A DNA stretch of 64,000 nt from Tubulanus polymorphus (lineage: Eukaryota; Animalia; Nemertea), in the NCBI RefSeq assembly GCF_964204645.1, contig NC_134031.1:19227910-19291909 (forward strand), read 5' to 3'. The position numbers were made by a program, and so were the translations under genes. Positions 28,301 to 42,700 of the stretch are shown in pieces. Position 1 is the stretch's first letter; every line of letters begins with the position of its first letter. Below the pieces are notes generated by a model, which did no database searches, was not told the DNA's origin, and worked only from the letters and a program-made list of their open reading frames with translations.

Positions 28301-31300
28301 TTACTCGGTAGAATGTTCCCTAATGAGGACAAAAAGAGGAGAATCGATGTAAGATGTTTAGAAAAATTTAGTTTGAATCCATTCAGTCTTTGAAATAGAA
28401 AAACGCAGTAAACCTCACCTACCTAGGACAGACTGGCACTGGCAAAATCGGTGCGAGTTAAGCGAACGTCTGCCGAAATGAAGTCAGAAACGATTTAGTC
28501 AAAGGTATCACATTTTCAGATTTACATACGTCACGTTACCATTCGTAAGTTATTCTATACCATACTCTCACACCATCTCTGACTGTTATATGCTTGAAAA
28601 TAGCGAGCGGGAAAGATGTTTGCATTCAATGCAATGAAGCTAGGCAGAAATAACGTCTCATAAGATTCCCGTCGTTACATTCTATCAGCGCTCGTTTTGA
28701 ATGTGATTTATTTTCTAACGTAATGCTTCCAGCGATCATAGCGCGTCATTAAAAATTCATAGAAAACACTTTCGTCGTCTTTTGAGAATTGTCAGCGGAA
28801 AATTTTGTTATTTTTCTTTAAAACGCTCGCATATCATAAGGCCATAGATCACGCCTCGCCTGCAGGTTCCATCACAGTAGAGGCTGGCGTCTGAAAATCA
28901 TGGGTTTATTGTTATTACATCGGTTCAATTTGCGCCAAATGAATTATATCTATTTCGGAGAGTTGATACGACTCACATTGCGAGCTAAATTTAGTAGAAT
29001 TTCAATATTTGATCTCTCCGCAATCGGATCGTAATCCACAACCACAGAACTGTCTCCATCATGTCAGATGATTAGAGAAATTAGATATTGTAATCGTAAC
29101 GAATACCGGGGACCAACAATAATTAGAAAGACTGTTCTTCCTTGTCGTGGAGGCGAACCAGGTAAAAGTAGTGTGATTTTCCCCACTTGACGCTCACGCG
29201 TAATGAAGCAACCTTATACTTATCCCTGACGGAAATTCACGAGCTAGAAATAAAAAAACCCAAGTCAGCAGGTTTTTGATACTATTGCGGAATATTCAGT
29301 TTCATACTCTAAATTTGGAAAAAAATCGATGTTACTACGCAAATATTGTAAGTGACTCGCAACAAATAAATAACTTATTCCTATAAAGTACTATTCGTCT
29401 CTGTATTTCCTGTAACCTCTTGTAAACCCAAACCAACTTGCATTAAATGTAAATTATTCATGGCATTCATAGTCTTATGAGCACGTCTTATAAGATAATC
29501 AGATGGTCATCGTTCAGACAGACAGCTATTTAGACTGGTCAAGAAATTAGCATTTCGATTTTCTAGACAACCAATATATTTTTCAAGGTCTATCTATTCT
29601 CCACAACAAACAACTTTCTAATATCTCAATGAATTCATGAATTTTCGTATGCGAGAATATACATGTACCCAATTCTTTTCGTTGTGATTCGCTGACCCTG
29701 AATATTGAAATATCAAAAATATGAAAATAACATGTAAAATTCTCTTGTAAAATGGTGAGCTGATTCCATGTAATTTTCTGAATTGTGGTCATCTTTTCGA
29801 TCAAGATACAACGCACACTTTTTTAGGCGACCAAGAATTACGAAACCGATATTAAACCGTTGAATATTGGAAAAAAATCTTACCTCGATTCTGTGGTTAT
29901 ATTTCTACGCGTAAAAAATCGTCGGTTTCCGTAACAAAACGTTTTCCATCAGTCTTCAGACTTCAGCTCCGGAGAAAATCAGTCGATACGTTTCCCCATC
30001 CTGTCCGGCACTGCCGCGCTTACCTATTCTACCTATCCAGCGGGGCCACCTGCAGATTTCCAATGATCGCCCGTTCCGATTATTTTAACCGTATCGTAAA
30101 ACTATAAATCGAAGCAGCCGATAACGGGCTACATAATCCCGAAAGATCGCTATTGAAGCGTGCACGCGTGTTTATAAACTCGAAATAGAAAAATACGCAC
30201 ACACGCACCACGAACCCGTAACTGCTTACCTTTTTGTTTAGGGCTGTTCGGATTTCAACGTAACTCGATGCAAAGTTAAAAAGCAAATACAGATGGTAGT
30301 TAAACGATCTCTGAATTAATCATGAAATGGAATTAAATAGAGGTATTCTTAACACCTAGAAAACGATCTTAAATCTCCGCACTGAATGATAATCTCTTCA
30401 ATCAGAATTAGTGCTTTGGTTCATAAACCAGTCAAATCAACCAATACTCACACATATAATTACGTGATTATTGTCGAGGATATTCAGTATTTTCACTATA
30501 AAGTTCAATGCGGCATTTTTGGCTTGAAACGTTCTATCTACAAGGGACAAGTTTGACAGTCATTGCATTTATGACCAGTTATCAAACCCTCTTAGCTTTG
30601 CAGCCGATCTTTCAACTTAAGACTAGTCTTGAGTATGGAGACGACCTTTAGACCTTTAGAAGTCACGACGTCCGTACAATTTACTGGACCCGGCCCGTTA
30701 TATCTTTTGTTAGAAACGACCGTAAATCTAGCGTTTTATTTGCGAAATCTGTTATTTTCACGTCAGATGGCGCATGGTTGAAGACTGTAATATTCAGTAC
30801 GTAAAATTCCCACATTTTCCCGCCATTTTATTCAACCACATACTTGGCAGGGGTGGATCTAGCGTTTTCGATAAAAGGGTTGCGCGGTACTAGCTGCTTG
30901 GGTCTTTCATATTAGGGGTCTGGAGATGCTCCCCCAGAAAAATTCTATAAAAATTAGATTCATCATTTTCTTAACAAATGTCTTGGGGAGAAAATAAGGT
31001 CACTCGGTCGAAAAAGGGGGGTGCACGTGCCCCCACGCACCCCTTGGACCCGCCACTGATTGGTCAGACACCATAGGTAAAGTTATCAATGATGCTTTTT
31101 TATTGAAAGACGTAAATGAAATGATCAAAAGATCACAGACTTAAAGAGGCGGTGAAAATGTATCGAAGATTAATCCGTCAGCAAAAACTGTTGAAAAAAA
31201 TACCAAGAACTCGGTTTCAAATTTATTTGAATGTATTTTCGAATCTGTTTGAACATTGAACTCGACTCCTTCCGTGTGTGTATCTGATATTCTTATCCGC

Positions 31301-31373
31301 CATTGGGCCTGGGTGGGTGTCGGCGTCACTTTCCAGACAGCTCAATGTCGAAAAACCGTCTGTACCGCTAAGG

Positions 31374-32054
31374 TCAAGGACGCTCTGATGATGTCAGAGA
31401 TGACATTATGTCGCTGAAAAGTATAAACTTTAAGATAGCCCAAAGAGCTGCCTTCATAGAAATATGAGCTTCTTGTCCATTATTGGGACTCGTGCCCTGG
31501 TAAAAAGCTAGGACACTTAAAGTTCGTTTCAATTGCAAAATCGGAGTTTGCTCACTTGGAATAAAATTTGCATAAGTAACGAGATTCGAAGGGATAGGAT
31601 AGGTAACCATATGAAAAGGGTACAAATTATTGTGAAATATAGTAGCAATTTTCCAAGCCAGAATGTAATAGAACAGTCTACTTATAGATTTAAGGATCAG
31701 GCTTCGCATTGGCTTAGCAGAGCGGACAAACAACAAGTGATATGAAAAAAATTCAAACCCAGTTGATTTTGTTGGAGCTTGATGATTTGAACATTTAGAT
31801 ACAGTTTGAATGCATTTATCTGCATTCCATAAAAATGCATCATTGGATAGAGTGATCTTCTCATTGCGACCTCGCGTAGGCGTACGTGCAATGCGGAAAA
31901 TCCGCGATTGTTTATTAACCAAAACGTCTGAAAAACACTTCATGGCAATGACCAGTAAACCAACTTTCCAATCAAGATATACACCTGGAAATGTCGATGA
32001 TTTCTGAGAATCTAGGGCATCGGTAACTGAGCGTTTTCTCCTAGGTTCTGTCAT
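31374..32054 (-). other. Orphan 226-codon ORF, coding status unknown
   Basis: By far the longest ORF not assigned to a gene, in AT-rich DNA. Possible acceptor ttcttag| just before the ATG. No recognised motif. Confidence 0.3.
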
Positions 32055-35000
32055 ACTAAGAAAGTACTTTATTTCATATTTGTGTTAAACGTTTCTTTGT
32101 CTCGAGTTTCTTTTTGATGTATTTTTAAAACTAACAATTCTTCGATTGATAATCTATCGGTGCCGCTATCGCCACACTTATAACAGTCTATTGATAAAAC
32201 ACTTGATCTTTAGAGGAAATAATGTTGGAATTAATAAATCGACCTGTATTGTCTTTTTACTTCCGGATTCACATGTTCAAAATAACATCGGAAATCGCCG
32301 ATGCACGTTGAGTAGAGGGGGTGACTTTGTAGAGGTTTTTTAATTCGAGATTAATAAGTTTCATTTAAATCAATCTTTAAAAGAATTAAAAGAATTAAAG
32401 ATCTGCTTGTTTCTAGTGGACGAATCAGAGGAGAATTCAACCAGAAGAATTAAGTGTATTGACAATTGATATAATGATGATAATGATAACGATGATGATG
32501 ATGAAGATGATGATGACCACTCTCCACAGTGTTTCAGAGATGGTCACGTAACACATCATATCCCGTAGCGGGAAGATGTTGTTTAAAGTTTTCACACCGG
32601 ACATGAAAATTGAAAGGCAGGCTGTTTCATGAAATTGGAGCAGCTGAGACAAAAGATGTTTTACCATAGAATACTGTATCAACAGACAGAATAACTTGAT
32701 TTGAAGATCTGAGACATCGACTAGATTTATTGATAGAAAGACAACAGTTCTTTAAAGGCCAGAAAACTGAGGGAAAAAGGCCATTTTATCGTTCGACTTT
32801 TTGTTATCAAATCTATGGCAAATTTTCCGTTTCGTCACGGATCGATTCAGTATCCTCGACGCGTAACAGTTGCTCATCAGAGCCGTCGTCGTTTTTTAGA
32901 AGTTGTTGAATATCATCGGTTGTCTGTAAGTGTGGAACATGTTTATGGATATGGTGGTGTGATCTATCTGTGTTTAATTGACAGTCGTCGATGATAGCTG
33001 ATATTTACTGAGTCAATATTTATATACCAGGGTGACTTCCATTCATAAACACTGACATATCGAGTATATCTCAATTTTACTTCCTTTAGAGACGATACCG
33101 GAGTAAAATGTCATCCGTCTACGAGATATGAACATGAGCCTTGAAATCGAAGCTCATTTTGATTCTTTAGCCAATCTAACAGCTTAGGATCAGCCTCAGT
33201 TAATTCTGTCGCCAATCTTACAACCTTAGACTATAAGCATTCGTCCTCTTATGGTTCCATAGCCCATTAAGACTAAAATACTAGTCTGGAGGCCTCGAGC
33301 TATATTTGGCTATAACCGGTCTATGAGTTAACAAAGATCGGTTATACAAGTAAGATTAGCTATAAGACGGTCGTGTTTTTTAAAACTCTTGCGGAGGATG
33401 ATTCTCAAATCTTAAGCTTCAAATCAATGATTAGGGATCTTGAGTTCTCAGACCAAAATGGATAACGTGTTTGTGTAAACCTGTATTTATTGAATTAAGT
33501 TTTTAAAAACAACGTTGATGAGAAATGCTGAACTTCGTCGTCACACAACATGCTGGCGGGCGACAATACTGCCGTAATAATAGAAACGATAACAAAGAAC
33601 AAATACACGCTATATCTATACTTAATAATATACTGCAATTGTATGGAAATCAAATATCTTTTACTGTTACGTTTTGTGGGTTACCTAAATCGAATAATCT
33701 GGGCCAGCTACCTGACACTAGGTAGGCCTACATACAGAAGTCGGCGCACCTTTATTGGGTGATGTTGATCTCGCGTTTCGTCCTTGATATACTGACACAC
33801 AATCTTCCGCCGTCGAACTGCACTTTTTATGCTATGTTTATTTGTTGTTCTTTTCATTGTTGTTTTTTCCAATGCTAAGGTTTACTTGAAGGCGTCGGTA
33901 GTCTCAGGATCGAGGTCTTGTTAATGGCAACTAAATCCTAACGATCCAAATGTCATAAAAGCGTTGAGTTCCGGAGGCGGATCAAGACGGAAGCACAAGG
34001 GGCACGTGCTCCCGTCACAATTTTCCCGTGCCCTTTGGAAAATACAATGGTAATTTATTCATTATATATTTCCACCCACAATTAATAAGACAGCGGCGCA
34101 TGATTTAGCTTATATTCTCTTTAATGTCCCTCAAGTCCCTAGAAATTGGGTGAAATGCACTGTCTGAAATATGACTGATATATCAATCCTCTGTATCACC
34201 TATCGTGGCCGCATGCTGGATACTTATCTCCCCTTTTATGAGTATATATGCCCTTTCTACTTGCTCCTAGATCCGCCAATGCGTTCATTCGAAAAACAAT
34301 GGAGCCAAAATGTCGAAATTCTTAGTCATAATACTCCAGTCATAATACTTCAGTACAAATATTTGGCCCTTTACTTCGGAATGGTATCAGTGACAATCTA
34401 AAAGATTAGTGTCAATTCAAAATTATTTTTGAGGAATTATAGAAAACAACTTTTACTTATCGAATCGTTATATCATAATATGTATCCTCTTATCAAACTT
34501 TAATACAAAATTTTGAAACACTATACGTATTACGTTAAAAGTGTGCATTTTGTGTGTTTGGCCCCACCCGGTATAATCTACTGTGTTTCATATTCTACAT
34601 TTTGTACACTAAAATAAAGCATTCGCTCATTAACGAGCAATGAATATATTTTTTTTTCATTATCACCGATTTGCCAGATTGTGAAACTTTTTATCGAGTT
34701 TATTACCTGTCCCACCGTATTATGTGGACTGATTCCGATTTAGGACAAACCTATTACGTAGACATTTAGTTCGAAAGTGTAAACATATCTAGATCAGATA
34801 AAAAAAAGTTTGATTAAAATCCACCGAAGAGATCTTATTTTCATACGCGGCGATATTTCTTGCCAATTAATCTGGATTAAAGACCGAATCCCAGAATCCA
34901 CCGAGATAAACAAATCGCACCCACTTCCGATCCGTTATCTGTTTCGTTTCTATTCTAATTGTAGCGTGAGATTGGAAGGATTCCAAAACTGTCGTTTTCA

Positions 35001-37188
35001 ACGTTGAAATGCTCAACATATCTGAGAGTATCGGTCGCGATAGATCACAAATAGTCGTAGATTTCGGGTCGCAATCAGTTCATCTGAGCAGTAAACAGTT
35101 AAAATGGCCAATTATCTGTTTTAGTCTTTCTGATGTTGACGACGTAAACAACACAATTATATCTTAATCGTAATCACTGTCAGGGTTCAGAAGTGTCATT
35201 TTCCTGATTTATCGTGTCCCTTTGACTTTTCATCCTTGAAAATGTTTTGATTCCATTGTGTAAAGACGAACAATTGATAGATCGTGCTCCCAGTGTCTGT
35301 AAAATTCGAATCGAGTCGTTGGTTTTCGTCTTTGCTAATGACTGCTCTGATGGGGTTCGAACCAACAGGACATGCATATATTCGCCGCCTCGAAATGACC
35401 TTGACCTATTGGCAACCATGATAGAACTAGAATACACTCGAAGAAAATTCGAAAATTTATAAATTAACAGCATTTATTCGTACGAATGAAGGAATACATT
35501 CCATAACACTTTTCGTTCTACAAACATCACCTCGCAAATAAACACAGCCGCTATGGCAGCATTTACTGCGTGTGCCGGATTGTGTGCACACGATTACCAC
35601 TTATCGCACACGTACGTTATCAGATATATCACTATTTCCAACTGGTCTCAATCAAGAAAACTAATTTGTGCGTTACAAAATACTACTTAAAAACTGCATG
35701 ATGATACATTCATAAATGGCGCCTTTCTTTCTATACATTTTTTCATAGATTTACACGTTTTCTACTACAAATCATACGCGCTCATATTCTACTCGCTGAT
35801 ATACACAAAATTCGACGATGTTCCGCACGTTATTACCATTGAAATGAGCACACAAAAAGATGCGCCACATCATTCATTTCTTTTTACATTCAGATGACGC
35901 AATAGTTACATATATAGGTGTTAAAAATTCTAAACTAACGCTACCAACATTAAAATGGTATGTTTTGTGTTACAGTAGTATATACGAAACCTAACCCTTA
36001 ATTCAGATGAATACAATTCGTACAAACAGAATTTTAACAATCGTAAGTACAAACAATACAAATATTCCTTCATTCGATCACTCACATACTCGTGTAAGTT
36101 TTTTGAGTGTTTTTCCGCCGCTCAAAGAAAATGGTCGACAACGTCGCCAAATTTCAACGTAAGTCATGTTTGTCTAGTCGTTGTTACAGGTATTTTTGGC
36201 GACTTTCCTTCCAGCGGTACACAAGGCTAGCTTTGTTCGAATGACAACAAAACAACGACGTAACCTCATTCCTTGTTAAGCTAGTTATCAGAAATGCCCT
36301 TCTTTGTTTTAACGCCGAGAAAGTAAAATTCTTGGTATTTTGTTGGATAATGCCCAAAGTTGATAGCAGAATTTCGAGTCTTGTCACGACGGGCTGAGTT
36401 CGACTTGGAGACAGATATTGGGGCGAATTTCAGCCGACTGATCCTATCCTTTCGCGACAACCACGGTATATGGAATAGGCATATATGATAGTCGCAGGGG
36501 CTGCGGGTGTCGTATAGAGACGATCTTAAGCCCGTCACTGAAAGACTAAATATTCTGCTCATACCAAACTCACATACGCACACACGCATTCATACACCAG
36601 ACGAGAAGGGGGAGGGGGCAATCACAGACAAAATAAGTTATAGGTCAGAGAGAGAGAGAGAGAGAGAGACAGATCTTAAAACAAGTGATAAAACAATGAA
36701 TTCCCATCATAAATAACAACATATATCTCCGCACAACAATAGTTATATAATAATGCCCAGCGCATAGCACGTCAAGAAAACCTGATATTTTAGACAAATT
36801 TACGATTTTTTTTTACAACACGCGGACTGGCAGCAATGTATGACATAACTGCAAGTTCGTTGAGTATTAAATGACGGGAGCAGAGTTAACCACAAGTTAC
36901 AAAGACAAATATCCAGATCTTGGCAGTTTCATTTTCAACTTTAATCGAAGGTTCTTTCACGAGTAGTGGTCGGCGTTTATTTATTTATTTCTTTTTTTGA
37001 AACCCGAATTGCAGAGACGCCGGAAACCCGTTGTCGAGTTCCAGGCATCATAATAAATGCTTTCTGTGATAATTTGGGTTTCGAAACCAAACGACGAGCG
37101 CACGACGACTACTCGCGCAAAACATTTGAGAAAAAGTTTTCCGATTTTTTTTCTTTCAGTATTTTCGTTTTTTTTTTGTTGAAAATAT

Positions 37189-39707
37189 CTAGACGCGGGA
37201 GATAGTCGGTCTGTATTTGCTGCCAGGGCGTCGTCTGGGCTTGTTGACTCCGTTCCTGCAGTAACGTGGATACAGTTCGCATAATCGCCTATAACTGACT
37301 GTGATGTACGGTGACCTTTTCGTCCGGATCGGTGCCGCCTCCGGTGTTAGTTCGGGCGATCGTTTGGCTCGGGCGTGAGTGAGTTCCGGCATGAACTCGG
37401 GGAATAATTCGGGCATATCTCTAGCTTCTAGGTCGTTGCTGTTCGCGCTGCGTTCCGGTTGCATGATACTTCGTAATACTCTGAGAAATAGTTCTGGTTC
37501 TGCGTCTACAAGAAGGATAACGAGGCGTTTTATGTACGTGTTAAGTTAGATTCTCGATAAAGCGCCTTTTATCCTCCATTGTACTCCGCCATGTCACTTT
37601 CTCACTACTTTGTTTCTAAAACACACTTATACAAAACACTCGCCAAAAAACTATGCATGAATACATAATGCTATATTTACAAATCGCAACAGTTCCAACC
37701 AAAAGCGTCAACACACGTATGATATGTGTATCACGTGACACGCATTGCGCCGATCAGAGCGACCGTCTGAAGTCTAAATGTCACGTGACCGGCCGCTAGC
37801 CGCTCAACTGCGCCTGCGTCGAAAGCGATGCATGCGACGGCTCCAGCGCCTGCCGCAGCGGTACGGGTAACGCCGGCAAATACGTAAACGACGGAAACTA
37901 TGACTGATGAAGAAACGTTTTACTCGTGGTGCACGATTCAAGTATGGGAGCCGTATTTCGGCCGCGTTTCCGAAATCTAAAATGTTAAAATTTTTTCCGA
38001 TTGAGAAAATTTCAAATGTCGAATATACGCGATGAATTAGTTTCTAAAAACGAAAGTAATTTTTGTTAAGTACGAGTTAAGTATTTTTTTTTAGAAGGAG
38101 AGCTGAATGATAATAGAAGTGAAAGTCGGAAAGTTGAATGCTGATAATGAGACATAAATATGAAGAAAAGCAAAAAGCGAATTCACCACGATGGGTTTCA
38201 TTCAAAAAGCGTCACCAGAGCGTTCAAGCATTTGCCATACCGGGTTACGTTGCGCGGCCACCTAAAATCGCGTTAATTATAGCGAAGGACTTTCCCAAAA
38301 CCTCCGGCGCAGTTAAGTACACAGACATAGTGGTTAACAAGTATAAAAACACACATATGATATAAACAGTTTATTTTCTGACAGTTTCGGGTTTTATCTA
38401 AACCCCTTAAATGAAACTTAAATGTAGTTTCTCTGATGATGAGGTTTAGAGTTTAGATGAACCGTCAGAAAATGAACTTTTCGTATCAACGACGGGTTTT
38501 TACTTATTAAATCTAGATCTTTGAACAATATGAGTTTATCAGTCCAAGCAGTCGAGCAGCTGTAGTTGTTAATATATCTATAAACATATACATAGAAAGT
38601 GCTAAATAGTTTTTTTGACATGGCGGTTATTTATGATCGTTAAATAGTACGATCGATGGAGGAAGAAGCGCGTTTACTGGTTAACCCTTTAACCACCTGA
38701 AACTCAACGTTAACAGATACATATTCACAGACGTCACTTGTATCATTCATATGCGTCATATTGACCGTCAACCGTGACGTTTTACTCCAGTAAGCCGTTT
38801 GGCGGACATTATGACGACCCGTGAAGTCACGTGAATATGAACTGTAGAAACAATAATGTAATAGTAAGTTACAGATGATACGCTTCCGGAAAAGATGGGC
38901 CGATTCTGTGAATATTTCTCTATATACATGACGAATTCAAATTACCATTAGCTAGATAGAATCACAGATGTTTTGTTGAAAATGGGTTGAGAATTGGTTA
39001 TTTCAGGGAGGCTGGGAAAGGCAGCCATGTTTACCGGAAGTGACTATTATTAAAAGCATATACATAAGTAACAATTCATAAATCATTTATAGAATAAAAT
39101 GTTAGTGTTGACAGCTTAACATTGTGAGCTCCAGGGGTAGTCGCGCAGTCATGGCTTAGACTTAAGACTAGTCTAAGTAAGACCTTCTTAGCAGTCTACG
39201 ATTTAAAAAACTTATCTTGGAGTCATGACTGTGACTGGGCGCATATGTGGTTTGAATCCCCTCTTACCGAGAATAAACAGCGAGCAGTTAGCGGCCAGAC
39301 TAATCGCATTTCGAGGTTGGAGTTGACGATCGAAATGCGATATAATAACGGGCGTTAAATTGTTAACCTGGGTAAGTCATAGTTCAGCTCGTTAATTGAT
39401 AACATCGACGATAGTAAGGTGTTGTTGACCCATCTCATCACGGTCAACAACAAAACCAAATCAGCACACGTCACATGTACCCACCACCACCACCACCACC
39501 ACCACCACCACCACCACCACCACCATCACAAACTCGCGGTTATTCATATTTACCGAGATTGTTGTTTTCGCCGGCTTGAAAATCAACTTCGGATCCGCCT
39601 TCGAGTTCAGGCATTCTGCGCTTGCGTGTCGGTTTGGCTACCGAGAGAGCGACCTCTAGTGTCAAGATTGAAATGCAGATGAGCGCGAATATTTTTGTTG
39701 CAGTCAT
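37189..39707 (-). CDS. Secreted prepropeptide (156 aa): PEL-repeat acidic pro-region plus cationic one-disulfide C-terminal peptide
   Basis: Exons 39707-39554 (G|gtaaat, phase 1) and 37505-37189 (ccttcttgtag|). Product: MTATKIFALICISILTLEVALSVAKPTRKRRMPELEGGSEVDFQAGENNNLDAEPELFLRVLRSIMQPERSANSNDLEARDMPELFPEFMPELTHARAKRSPELTPEAAPIRTKRSPYITVSYRRLCELYPRYCRNGVNKPRRRPGSKYRPTISRV*. The PEL motif occurs in both exons, supporting the join. Candidate AATAAA at ~35473-35478. Confidence 0.85.
39481..39527. repeat. (CAC)n microsatellite, intronic
   Basis: Direct read; source of the spurious poly-His ORF 39419-39682. Confidence 0.9.
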
Positions 39708-42700
39708 TTTCGATCTAAAAAAAATATGAAAAGTTCCAAAATTCGGTTATCAAAATTCTCAATTCTAGTAGAAGGCACCGTTTCATGGATAATCTAAACT
39801 TTTATTTAGTCATGATAATGCAATACTGCTTTTGTAAAGTCGTTCAGTGGAAAAGATCCCTGTTTTTCTTTTGGATTGATCCCCTGCGATAAAAAAAAAA
39901 ACTATAACCAAGACCGGGGTTTTCTATTTCTTTTCTAATCAACGCTGGGAGCTGAGCATTTGTTTAATAATCATCTTCATAATGGTTCTAATTAGCAAAA
40001 CCGGCCACACACGACCACCGAGGGGGGCTGCCGAACATCAAACAAAACTTGGCATCGATTTTCGCGGTCGATACGGTGCGCAGACGATACAGACACCGGA
40101 TCGGTAAAAAATAAACCGGTTAGTTTAATAATCAACAGGTGTGAAAACGTTCTAATGGATCAATCCTACATTTTACTGTTACACTGATTGATCTGTTACG
40201 AGGGCAAAAACCACCGCACCGTCGAGAAAAAAAGACGCGCCGACTTCGATAGTCTGGTCGTAATACGTCCAAGGTACGTCTGCAAACTTTACGTCTCGCC
40301 GGTAGGATAAATGTGTTTACTTAAAATGACGCAAATGAGGTGTAGATTTCAGCAAGGTAAAAATGTTAACATTCAGAAAAAACGTAAAAATGGTCATTCG
40401 GTGCATCGTAAAGAATTTAAACTTCACCCCCGCAACTTATATAAACGAACAATTTACAAGTCAGCTAATTTCTTTTGCGGCCGGGATATGAAGCAAGGTG
40501 AAAAATGAAAATCTATGTTTTTCTGCTGTTTAAAATAATAAGCTATTTATCTTTAGTCGGGGAAAAAAGATCATCGTAAAAATCCTATGGATATAGATAT
40601 TTTGCATATGATCGGAAAATATAGTAAACGAAGCTCTAAAAGGAAAAGAAAAACTTACTTGTAAAAAACTGCCTCGCGTCCAATAATCACAATGAATAAA
40701 TACAGTTTATAAATATACCTATATGCACCGTAATAAGTTATAAATTAAATGCTTTGTCTCTAAGACTGGACGAGGTTAGTTACAACACCTCGCTTAACAT
40801 ATAGCAACTCAATACGAATTACTAAACACATTTATATACACAAGGCTGGCTAATTCGGAGGATCCAAAAAATCCAAAATTTTCGGAAATTTTCGTGAATT
40901 TTTGTTTCGAGTCGTAAGAACTGCCCACAGCGACAACGCGTGCCTTCAACACGAATCCACACTCCACACAAAGGCAACCCTGTTTTATATTCGAAAATGG
41001 GAATAGGATCAAAGTCAGATCTGAGATAATAAGCTGTAAACAAGCTTCGCCGAAACTTGATTGGCAGACGAAAGTCGTCCCTGGAACTCTCCCCGATTTC
41101 TCGAGGCCACGGTGTTCGATATAGTCCCGCTCGCGAGCTGCCTGTAATGGTCGAGTAGGGGGTCCGACGGGGATGCGCTACTGACCCACTGCACTAAAAA
41201 TCCCCTCCCCTTAAAACAAAGAACATCGGTGAACTCAATGATAATCGAAGATAGAATAACAGAACCCTATAACAGGAGTTCGGGGAATGAAGCCAATTTC
41301 AGAAACAAGCCATTAAACAATTAGTTCATTCTGAATTTCGTAAGATATCAATCTACATTTAGAATCTAAACGAGGGTCAATTGGTGCAGACGGGTCTTGT
41401 TGCAAAAAGCACATATTTTCTCACCGATCACAATTTCATCGTTTTAGTTTAAAAGATTTGGAAATATTGAAGAAAGAATAGATTTTTCAAAACTCCAGAA
41501 TCAAACGAACACCTCGAATGTGGAACCACGCGGTGCGTACAGTTTATCTAAGTTCTGATGACCTAATAAGCCACAATAGAGATGCTTCTTTCATTCGGAG
41601 ATGAAAAAAATCTATTTTACTTTTAAAAGATGATGTTGCCAGCAATTTCACGCTCCATCAAACCAGTCGATACTATTTCAAGTTCGCCGACGCGATGGCT
41701 GCTCAGTGATAAATCGATTAGCACCGGGGTAATGGAAGGTAATTCGATCGGCCTGGGTGGTAAGCACCCGGTTTAGACTCGCAGGTATTCTCGGGTATAA
41801 CGTTACGCAATATTGTTTTACATAACTCATCGGTATTTTAGCCTAGTTCTAATTAACAACCACCCGTAGTAAACACCGACGCTAGTTAAACCAACACCGG
41901 AACGTGTTTTGGTTTGTTCTTTTTTTTTATTTAGAAGTCTAGAAGTCTACATCGTGCAGTCTACCGCAGCCGAGTGAGACTAGGTTTATCGCTGTATAAT
42001 CGCTCCTCTAATTGCGAGTTATAACCCATTTGTGGCACTAGAGTTTATTGACTGCACTTTTTAAATTTGAACTCTCATGTTTTGTCTTCGGGTGCGAATT
42101 TATTGCTGTTATAAAAATAATAATCAAGTAACGATAACTTTATTTTTGTCTTGAGTCATAAGATAATTGTACAAACAAAAGTCTAAAGCAACTACACGTA
42201 TGATATTCATGTTGCAATTTCATCGAAAAAAAAATGTCCACAAAACCACTTTTCTTGTAAATAAAACCATCTAGATCTCCAGTAAATATTAGCCGTTACG
42301 ATATTCTTAGATTTGAAAATATTTCAAGAAAAAGAGGCACAACAAGACAAAAGACAAAGTTCCTAAGGTCTGGGTTAAAACTTGACTCAAAGATCAAATC
42401 ATCGATAATATGACTTTGATTTGATCCGAATTTGATCTGATTGGCTGCACGATAGCATTTTTTTTCATTTTTCAATTACCGCAGACAAATTTCAACAAGA
42501 AAATCACTGACTGAATGGACTGTGGCTTCCTTAGACTGCTCTATATATTCAAATACTTGTCATTAATCTTAGTAAACTGAATGAGGACTGATAAACCAAC
42601 CGCATTATGTTAGATATGCGGCGGTGCGGAGACCCTGGGATCAGCTGATCAGGCCGCTACCGCCTGTGCGCTGTACGTGCCTGGTCCCGTATTTCAACGA

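Noticed and set aside
32437-32682. Ile-rich ORF or Asp-rich antisense frame
   Set aside because: Explained by a degenerate (GAT)n repeat; flanking frames contain stops.
39419-39682. Poly-His ORF on + strand
   Set aside because: Produced by a (CAC)n microsatellite and antisense to the real prepropeptide exon.
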